DNA of 8,606 nucleotides from Selaginella moellendorffii. Its lineage: Eukaryota; Plantae; Lycopodiophyta. This document shows positions 1-8,122 of the stretch, one piece after another (within the stretch, counting starts at the first letter, position 1; each line of letters starts with the position of its first letter). The stretch covers positions 1-8,606 of the forward strand of contig NW_003314628.1 in NCBI RefSeq assembly GCF_000143415.4, read 5' to 3'. Below the pieces are notes generated by a model. That model did not search any database and had not been told where the DNA came from. It saw only the letters and a list, made by a program, of their open reading frames with translations. Made by a program: the position numbers and the translations under genes.

Positions 1-1
1 T

Positions 2-3000
2 GTTCAAGCCTTGGAAAAACCAGAAATATGAAGAACGATACAAGTTTCACATTTCAATCCTATCCAAACGCAGGTACTGTCATCCATTTAAGGAGTTACC
101 GGTGACTCAATGTCGTTTGCAGGCTTTTCACACTTTGTACCAAACTGATCATAATGTTCTGCTGGGCGCTCCAACTGGGAGTGGAAAAACAATATCCTCA
201 GAGCTTGCCATGCTTCGCCTTTTTAACACACAACCAGATATGAAGGTAACATCTTTCTGTTTTTAGAGATGTCGTAGCTAAGAACTGTGCACTTCAGGTC
301 ATATACATTGCTCCTTTAAAGGCTCTTGTACGGGAAAGAGTTGACGACTGGAAGAAAAGTCTGGTACCCACGCTTGGAAAGAAGCTGGTATGTCAATTTT
401 CCAGTAGTTTTTATGACGATTCAACTGTGTTGTAGGTGGAATTAACGGGCGATTTTACTCCGGATTTACTTGCGTTGCTTGAAGCAGATATCATCATTTC
501 AACTCCTGAAAAATGGGACGGTATTAGTCGTAGTTGGCACAACAGAAGCTACGTTACAAAGGTCGGCCTGATGATCATTGACGAAATACATTTGCTAGGC
601 GCAGACAGAGGTCCGATCCTTGAGGTAGTGGAAGTCTCTTTTGATAGTAAAGTTGTCAGGAAATAACGTAATTGGTATGCAGGTTATAGTATCCCGGATG
701 CGCTATATTTCTTCTCAAACCGCTCGTCATGTTCGATTTGTTGGCCTGTCAACGGCCCTTGCGAATGCAAAGTGAGCCTTAGGCATGCAAGACGCACGTT
801 TAATATTTTGTTTCAGGGATTTGGGAGACTGGCTGGGCATTGAAAATGTTGGACTGTATAATTTCAAGCCAAGCGTTCGCCCAGTACCACTAGAAGTTCA
901 TATACAGGTAAATTAAACAAAACATGTACTGCTACTGCAACGCTTTGCTGCTTACTACAGGGATATCCTGGGAAGTTTTACTGCCCTCGAATGAATAGCA
1001 TGAACAAACCAACTTACGCTGCTATCAGAACACACTCGCCTTTGAAGCCGGTTTTGATATTTGTCTCTTCTCGTCGTCAAACTCGACTTACTGCCTTCGA
1101 TCTCATTCAGGTATGCCATTTAGCTTTTGTTCGATGGCATTTTGTAATTTCATTGTACCAGTTCGCAGCCCAAGACGAACAGCCACGCCAGTTTTTGCAA
1201 ATGAATGAAGAGGACAACAGCATGATTCTGTACAAGGTTGTGGATAGTAGTCTAAAGCACACATTGCAGTTTGGGATCGGGTTGCACCATGCTGGTCTCT
1301 GTGACAGTGACAGAACTCTAGTTGAGGAGCTCTTTTACAACAACAAAATTCAGGTAAACACTTTTTCGTTTTTACGATGGTCGATATACCTTTTGTTTTC
1401 TGAACAGGTTTTAGTTTGCACGAGCACTTTAGCTTGGGGAATCAATCTCCCAGCACATCTAGTTGTAATCAAGGTATGCGTTTGCTACTTGATTGTTGTC
1501 TTGAATTGGGAAATCTTTTTTGTGTAGGGGACCGAGTATTTTGATGGAAAGTCTAAACGCTACATTGATTATCCTATCACGGATGTATTGCAAATGATGG
1601 GCCGGGCAGGACGGCCCCAGTTCGATCAACACGGAAAGGCTGTAATATTGGTTCATGAACCGAAGAAAAGCTTCTACAAGAAGGTTTGATAGCTCAACGA
1701 CGTTGGACCGATCCATCTTAACGTTCTGAACGGTGGCAGTTTTTATATGAACCTTTTCCAGTTGAAAGCAGCTTGGTTCACCACCTTCATAATCACTTGA
1801 ACGCAGAGATAGCTGCTGGAACAATTGCAACAAAGCAAGATGCTCTTTACTATTTGACATGGACGTATCTGTACCGGCGGCTGGTTATGAATCCAAGCTA
1901 CTACGGTTTGGAAGACACAGCAGCTGAGTCCGTCAATCATTTCTTGTCAAGGTGATGTTTTCTGCCGATGCTCTCTTAACATTGACTGCTTTGCTCTCTT
2001 TTAGTCTTGTAAATGGCACACTTGAAGCACTAGATGACGCTGGGTGCATCAAAGTGAGCGAAGACAACGTAGAGATACAGATGCCGGGACTCATTGCTTC
2101 AAAATACTATCTTCACTACACAACAGTAGCACTTTTCAGCTCAAACGTACACTCTGAGAGTTCATTGGAGGTACGATCGTTGAAAAGGTAGACCTGTGGC
2201 TGATTGATCTTTGTGAGCAGGAGCTATTACAGCTGCTTTCATCTGCTGCGGAGTATGACGAGCTTCCTGTCCGGCATAACGAGGTACAGCCGCTTCGGGT
2301 TTTCGTTTACTGACCAGCACAACCTTCCAGGAAAACCTGAATGCGATTCTTGCGCAGCAAGCACGAATGCGTGTGGACAATAAGCTGCTAGATGACCCTC
2401 ATGTGAAGGCCAACTTGCTGTTTCAGGTAAAACAGAGAACGACTAGCTCGTGAATCCAGCGCTGAAGTTTCATTTTATCAGGCTCATTTCTCACGACTGG
2501 AGCTGCCAATTTCTGACTACGTGACAGACACGAAGTCAGTGCTGGACCAAAGCATACGTATACTTCAAGCGATGGTGGATGCTGCGGCCAATGGAGGATG
2601 GCTGAGAACGACCATTCGGGCTATGCAACTCTTGCAGATGATTATGCAGGTAGAGCTGATGATTTCATTGCGATGTTATTATAATTCGCGTCTCTGACAG
2701 GGAACATGGTCTGATCATTCGCCTTTGCTCATGCTGCCAAACACAACCACGGAGCTCTTGCCTTCGCTGCCATTCGCTACGTTGGACGAGTTCCTGTCCT
2801 TGCCGTCACAACGCTTGCGCAAGCTGTTCGAGCGCTTTATGTCTCAGTCCCAAGTTCACGAAGTCATACAGGTGATTATCTCCACGCTTGACGGGTGGGT
2901 TCTTGTTTGTGACTTTGGTCCTTGTTGCATTGCCAGGCATGGAATTTTCTTCCACGAATCGATCTTACGTGGAGGATGCGAGATCAAAGGCTGAGTGAGG

Positions 3001-3425
3001 GGGACAAGTTCACGTCGTTCGCAATAGACATCGAAGTCAAGTCCAACAACACAAGGAGAAGCAGCACTCGAGCTTTCCTGCCTCGATACTCGAAAGTGAG
3101 TCTCGCAGTTTCGATTGAGTAACACTTTTTACATTTTCCTCTTGTGCTTGGTTTTTAGTCCAAGGAAGAGGGATGGTGGATCGTTGTAGGAAGCACAAGT
3201 ACTTGGGAGCTCTTCGCCATGAGGCGCGTGAGCATCAAAGACAAGCGTCTCAGCACAAGCGTTGCAGTGCCAAGAGTTCCTGCGGGAACACAGGTAAAGA
3301 GGATCATGATGAAATTTTTCCTGGATTGATTCTCTTGTTTGTTTTCGTGATTCCAGGAGATAGCGCTGTTCCTCGTCTCAGATTGCTACGTTGGCCTCGA
3401 TCAAACTCATACCATCCCGGTTTAG
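2..3425 (+). CDS. ASCC3: Ski2-like DExH-box helicase, ASCC3/Slh1/plant DExH14 family; 5'-partial (C-terminal helicase cassette + Sec63 domain, about 818 codons in window), 19 exons
   Basis: Hand-spliced exons: <2-73, 123-245, 298-387, 436-624, 683-771, 817-907, 961-1110, 1162-1353, 1408-1473, 1528-1683, 1740-1951, 2005-2170, 2221-2283, 2331-2426, 2482-2649, 2701-2871, 2937-3095, 3159-3293, 3357-3425 (TAG). All 18 introns are GT-AG, 45-65 nt. Motifs: Q motif FNPIQTQ, Walker [122 protein letters not shown], Sec63 [13 protein letters not shown] / [13 protein letters not shown] / KEEGWW / SDCYVGLDQ. Intact catalytic motifs in this last cassette and YCPRM/LPAHLV favour ASCC3/Slh1 over Brr2. Confidence 0.95.
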
Positions 3426-3538
3426 TCCAATCTCTCTTTCGTGCTTTCATTCCACACGAACCAAGTGCTAGAAATCAGCGCAAATGGCGATCCCTGCGCG
3501 GACGAGTTTGGCGTTCTGACCCGATCCGATGCAACTGG

Positions 3539-3565
3539 GATCGATCGATCGAACGACGATCGACG
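3539..3565. repeat. Short (GATC)3 / CGA-rich low-complexity tract
   Basis: gatcgatcgatcgaacgacgatcgacg read directly from the sequence. Confidence 0.6.
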
Positions 3566-3624
3566 AGAAGATGGTCTCAATAGTATAACACCAAGCTCTT
3601 CAATCTGCTCGTCCGCCTGAGATC

Positions 3625-3724
3625 NNNNNNNNNNNNNNNNNNNNNNNNNNNNNNNNNNNNNNNNNNNNNNNNNNNNNNNNNNNNNNNNNNNNNNNNNNNN
3701 NNNNNNNNNNNNNNNNNNNNNNNN
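3625..3724. other. Assembly gap (100 N)
   Basis: Exactly 100 N, a common placeholder for a gap of unknown size. The true distance between the left and right parts is unknown. Confidence 0.99.
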
Positions 3725-3888
3725 ACTTCTCTATCCTTGTCCTACCAGTGTCACACAATCTCTTGCCTATTGTGGGAGGACATGCTATGTGGCTTGAGCA
3801 GTCAAAGGCACCAAGTTTTCTTCCACTTCCCAGTAACCAAGCAAGGACAACATTAAGATCATTCCAAAAACTTTTCGACTGCTCGTAC

Positions 3889-4573
3889 CTCTAGCTGATC
3901 ACCCATGTTGACCACCAGCATTCCCTCGAGTGCACGCCGGTGTGGCCTTCCATACCCAAGGCCTGCCTCGGGTTTAGCCGGATAGCTCGTCTAAAGGACC
4001 ATGTCTTCGAATGCTTCCACAAGACGGGTTGTGGGGAGGCCAAGTCCCTCAGACATGGCCAACAGCATCCTCTTCCCGGCATTGAAGATGTTTCTAGCGT
4101 ACTCGGATCCAACGTCCCTGTTGCATTGCAAAGGCAATAGCAGTGACATAATAATCAAGGAGCGAGCCGGAGCGAGATACTGACTTGTAGCTGGCTGGGA
4201 ACTCGGGCCAGGGGTGCGCTCCGAGGGACTCTTCCTTGAGCCACATCTGGAGGTGGTCGTGTCACTCGAGCTTCTCTTCTTTCGAAGGCATCGTGCTGGT
4301 GCAGTAGCGGCGGGAGTGAAGATCTCGTCGGTGTAGTGCCGCGCCTTGTGTTCGCTGGGCGAGTTGAAGAGCACCTCATCACATCCTCGGGTGAATTCCA
4401 TTGAGCTGCAAGTCAGAAGAACACCAACTTAGCAAATATGTAAAGGAAACTTTTTGAATACTTGCGTAGAACGTGTAAGCGTCAACGATATCCCTCTCGA
4501 AGCTCTCGCTCCCCACATCGACTATCGGCAGCACCGCGCACCGGGAGACATCGGCAGCTCCATTCAGCATCAT
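3889..4573 (-). pseudogene. 2-oxoglutarate/Fe(II)-dependent dioxygenase (plant DOXC type, DIOX_N + 2OG-FeII_Oxy) pseudogene
   Basis: ATG at 4573, then LPIVDVGSESFERDIVDA (DIOX_N-like); probable intron 4461-4406; NGI..., LFNSPSEHKARHY, WPEFPASYK; phase-2 intron 4184-4118; DVGSEYARNIFNAGKRMLLAMSEGLGLP; in-frame TAG at 3993-3991; NPRQALGMEGHT; then in another frame ALEGMLVVNMGDQLE followed by a GT donor at 3888. Multiple frameshifts and an internal deletion. No last exon is visible before the gap. Confidence 0.85.
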
Positions 4574-4859
4574 GTATCTGTCCGGAACGCTGTCCAGCGT
4601 CCCGTTGCAGCGGCCTTGATGCCAGCCATGGATTTGGGACCGTGCGTGTATGCAAGCTTGAAAGATGCAGCTGCTGAAAGATGGAAGTGGGAATGTATGC
4701 GTGGATGCTAGGCTCTCTCAGATGCAGATATCGGGCTCCTCCGACCTGCTTATTCCGCGCGGATTTAAATTCCACACCTAATTGTAATATTCTCTGTAAG
4801 TCCTCGACCGTTCTCCTCCTTGAGCTTCCGCCGCTGGCAGCTACAGATGGTTCCAAGTC

Positions 4860-5430
4860 CCGGCGAGAGGGAATGACTTACAGGCTCGTCCACGCCTTGC
4901 TAAGCATCGACATGTGGCTCATGGTCATCGCAACTTGCGGCTTGGGAACCGTGTCCACCTACAACTTGGGCCTCCACCGCAAGGATCTTCGTCCTACTTG
5001 GATCTGGGACTTCCTGGGAGCAGTCGGCTGCAGCTTCGAGTCCGAGAAACTCCTCCACAAGTTTGGCATTGGACGGCCGTTCGTCCTCGCTGGGGTGGTC
5101 GGTTTTCTAGCGCTCGGGATCTTGCTCATCGCGTTGGGCGTTCTCGGCGCGCTGTACATCGGCTCGATCATCATCAGCCTTGCCACCGGAGGCCAGTGGG
5201 CCGTGCTGTCGACCATCATCGCGGCGATCTTCGGGCTCAAGCTCTATGCAGTTCTCCATCCCAAACGTTGCAAAGGAATGTTGGAAGTTGCCGATGTGTT
5301 CTACTCTTGTCCGGGCCACGGTGCCAAGTGCTGAAACGTTCTTTGTCATGGGCGCACATGTTTGTTTGGGTGGAGCTTTCACCTTGGATCGAGTTAGGAA
5401 ACGAAGGACCTAAGACAGCTTCTACTTTGT
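4860..5430 (+). pseudogene. NFD4/nodulin-like major facilitator superfamily transporter, C-terminal half, decayed
   Basis: YRLVHALLSIDMWLMVIATCGLG...NLG, IWDFLGAVGCSFESEKLLHKFGIGRP, LLIALGVLGALYIGSIII...GGQWAVLSTIIAAIFGLKLYAVL resemble the plant NFD4-like C-terminal consensus (QALFSIDM..ATICGVG..DNLG..SIWNYLGR..SE..RP..LYVASVI..GAQW..ISELFGLKYY.TL). A frameshifted tail HGAKC/ETFFVMGAHVCLGG..RT..FY resembles the family C-terminus. The N-terminal nodulin-like half is absent, with internal deletions and stops. Confidence 0.8.
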
Positions 5431-5561
5431 TGCTCTTGATTGACACAGAAAAGAATCAGAACAAAAGCACAAAAACAGAAGGAAAAGATGAACTCACAAG
5501 AGGTTGTCGAGGATTGGCGCGGAGTAGTACATTTTAATCGCGTAAAGACTCGAGATTCTTA

Positions 5562-5770
5562 CCAAACGGTAGGTCGCCACATATCCCTGTTAGATCGATA
5601 GACCTCGTAGCGCCCCGCGTGAACCAAAGCTGATGGCCGAGTCCTCACCTTGCGACTCCACTCCACTCCCGCGGCTTCGTTCCTCTCCAGCTCCTCCATC
5701 AATTGCCTCAGCGGCCTCATTGCAAACCAGTATAACTCGACCATGCACGTCCCCCATGCCCATTGGCAGC
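5562..5770 (-). pseudogene. Possible F-box-associated/kelch-like gene fragment
   Basis: Two frames give GRVILVCNEA and LVHAGRYEVYRSNRDMWR, reminiscent of plant F-box C-terminal motifs (L.VCNP.T; EVYDS....W), followed by a GTAAG donor at about 5561. Weak similarity by eye only. Confidence 0.25.
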
Positions 5771-5892
5771 ATCGGTTGTCAGAAACTCTCTCAGATCCGG
5801 ACACGAAAGAACTTTGTCACTCAAAATTTCTTTATTTTGTTTTTGAAACAAAAGTTTACTTAGTACCGAAGTAACTCAACCGAGGCTCTATT

Positions 5893-7916
5893 TTAGACTA
5901 GGTAGTCAAACGAGATTTTGCCATCCCAATTTTTCATTTCCAACTCGAAATCCGTTCGGACGTCCGATGTCTCCACCATGGTTACTTTAGCTCTGCTCTT
6001 GTTCCCACTCGGAAAAAGCTGTACTGAAAGGAAAACCACACACCCGTGTTCTGGAACGACTAATATTGGCGAGTCTTCCATTGTGACATTAATCACAAAC
6101 ACTTGAGCAGAATGCTGCTTGGCATACCGCTCGGCTTTCGATACGTAACCTTCCACATCATCGTTGACAACCAACTCACAGCCAAACTTGGAAAAGTTGT
6201 CGTTGTTCCGGACTAGGATGTCAAGCCGCTCCTGCAGCCGAGCTCAGAAATCAGAGAGCCTCAAAACAAAACAAAGATGCTTACCTGCGTGTCTCTTTTG
6301 TCAAGATACTCCGCAGCTATCTTAGCTTTAGGGACGAGCTTCGCATCAACCAAGGGGTACGCTTGCGTCAAAACAGCCTTTATCCTGGTGAACAACATGA
6401 ATTGGTAAGAATACTTGGATAACTCCCCTGTCCGTTTTATACACTCTGGCCTGCACAATGCCTCCCCATCCAAAGTTCTAATTGCCTGGAAAACAACCCA
6501 CAGAGGATCAACGCGCAACGCCTGTGCAGGAGGGTCCACCGAACCGCTCGTGATAACACATCTTCGCAATATAATACTCCGTAGCATTGGTGAAGAAATC
6601 CGCACGTCATAACCATCCGGTTTTGCCTCCTGTGCGATTAATACACCTTGAGCAATGAGATTCCGCAGCTCCAGTATCACCATCTGATCATTGCAGTGAC
6701 GCTTGTCTTCTTTAAGGAACGACAGGAGCAGATCAAAGTCACGGCCAGTTGCACCCTTCTTGAAAGCGGACAGAATCTTAGAGTAAGTTTGCTGTCCAAA
6801 AACATAAGTCGAAAGATGAAACGAGTCAGTTGCCTCAATCCACTGTCTGCTAGTCCACAGCTCCCTGTCCACCAAGTAGTCCAAGCATGAACCGACTATC
6901 CCTTTGTGACCGCCTGTCAATTCTATGACCGACGTAGCAATCCGCTCAATCTCAATCTGTACTCCTTGGAGGTCGGCTTGTGCCTGCTGCAGCAGGTTCT
7001 CAACATCGCCTACTAAGAACCTCACTGGCTCCGAAAGGAAACTGTACGAGAAAGGCGAATACAGGCTGGGCGCACTACTCGGTACATAGACCCTGTTTAG
7101 CTCCGCTGCATCTTCAGGCCGCCTCAAGTATTGAGCTTCAAGAAGATCCTTGACAGTCTCAACACCAACCAGAAGGACACCGTTGAAGTTGTAGTCGTCA
7201 TCGTCTCTAATCCCTTTGAGAGTGCTGAAGAAATCGTCAAGGCAATCCGGAGAGGCTGAGAGCAACGCGTCGGCTTCATCTATAATGAGTGTAACCTTGA
7301 TCGGCAGGTTCTTCACAAGAAACAACGACCTGAAGCTCCAATCTGTGCATTCTTCGCCTGTAAGCCTAGCCGGGAACAAATCAGCACATTTTCCATGAAG
7401 ATGGTCGCAAAGCGCAGCCCAGAACCTGTTCCTGCTCCAGCTTTTATCCACTGACACCTTGTCCAAATACACCACACAGATATCTGGATCAAGTGATAAC
7501 TCCCTCTTCACAGCCATTGCCATGGTGCTCTTCCCGCTTTGTCGTGCGCCACATAGAACACAATACTTGCCGTGCTTCAGCTTGTCCACAAGCTGAGTAA
7601 CATCAGGGGGTACGTAGTAGTGTTTCTGGGGATCCGTAATACCTCCTACGGCAAAGGTTCGCTTCGGAGCGGTATCTGGTTTGCGCACTAGTGTGAAAAC
7701 GTACCTATGCCCGAGGAGCAGCTCAGTTTGCCTGCTTACTATGAAGGATCCAGTGGTATCCTCGATCGCTATGTCCTTGGCTGGCCGGTCCAGCTTGTGA
7801 GCCATGAAATCGATCACTTCTCCCGCAGTGATACCGTAAGAGAATCGCCATGGGCGGCCGAACCCAATTACCTGCACTGACTCCGCTACATCAGCGCGTC
7901 GCTTACTAGAGTCCAT
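5893..7916 (-). CDS. Crinkler/CR-effector-like protein: N-terminal header + AAA_35/STAND-like P-loop NTPase + C-terminal PD-(D/E)xK-like nuclease domain (about 656 aa; 685 aa if ATG 8003 is used)
   Basis: Exon 1 7916 (or 8003)-6285, intron 6284-6232 (53 nt, CAG|GTAAGC...CTGCAG|GAG, phase 0), exon 2 6231-5893 (TAA). Splicing joins the 580-aa and 93-aa ORFs in frame. Motifs: FAVGGITDPQKHYYVPP, Walker A GARQSGKST (7550-7524), Walker B LIIDEAD (7289-7269), LLVGVE, SPFS, ELTGGHKGIV, winged-helix-like LRNLIAQGVLI...ISSPMLRSII, and a nuclease-like tail SYQFML...RLDILV...FGCELVV...AERYA. Confidence 0.8.
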
Positions 7917-8122
7917 GATAAGGGTTCGATTCCTCTTGTAAGAGAATATTCGTGGAATTCTCGTTATGCATTGATTCCCTCTTAGGTCAAATTGACCCGT
8001 CATGTCTGTTCAATAATAGAGACGCCCCGCAGGCCCCGGGTGTAGCGCCAGCAGCGGCTGGCATTCCAGAGTACATTCATGATTTCCTATCGCAGGATCA
8101 CGTCCCACTCTGAAAAAGAAAG

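Noticed and set aside
436-3122. Short + strand ORFs (436-666, 991-1527, 1773-1955, 1952-2191, 2725-2994, 2922-3122) as separate genes
   Set aside because: They are exons of the single spliced helicase gene with read-through into introns.
1459-3125. Minus-strand ORFs 1459-1860, 1743-1940, 2162-2380, 2856-3125
   Set aside because: Antisense shadows of the helicase with no recognisable motifs.
2-3425. Calling the helicase Brr2/SNRNP200
   Set aside because: The C-terminal cassette retains GSGKT, DEIH, HHAGL and QMMGRAGR, which are degenerate in Brr2's second cassette.
3173-3583. 136-aa + ORF
   Set aside because: Off-frame reading of helicase exons 18-19, intron and 3' flank.
3725-3888. Last exon of the dioxygenase
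   Set aside because: No SNG.YKS..HR or RxS motif was seen on the minus strand.
4482-4856. 124-aa minus ORF and other ORFs at 4454-4711
   Set aside because: No recognisable family; they overlap the dioxygenase relic out of frame or antisense.
4681-5334. 217-aa ORF as an intact membrane protein (and the overlapping 207-aa ORF 4914-5537)
   Set aside because: Only ~4860-5260 resembles NFD4-like MFS; it has deletions and the tail is frameshifted. The 207-aa ORF is an alternative frame of GC-rich sequence.
6261-8003. Canonical NB-ARC NLR resistance gene, or bacterial contaminant
   Set aside because: No GMGGxGKT/GLPL/MHD motifs and no LRR/TIR. A spliceosomal intron and contiguous plant-like flanks argue against contamination.
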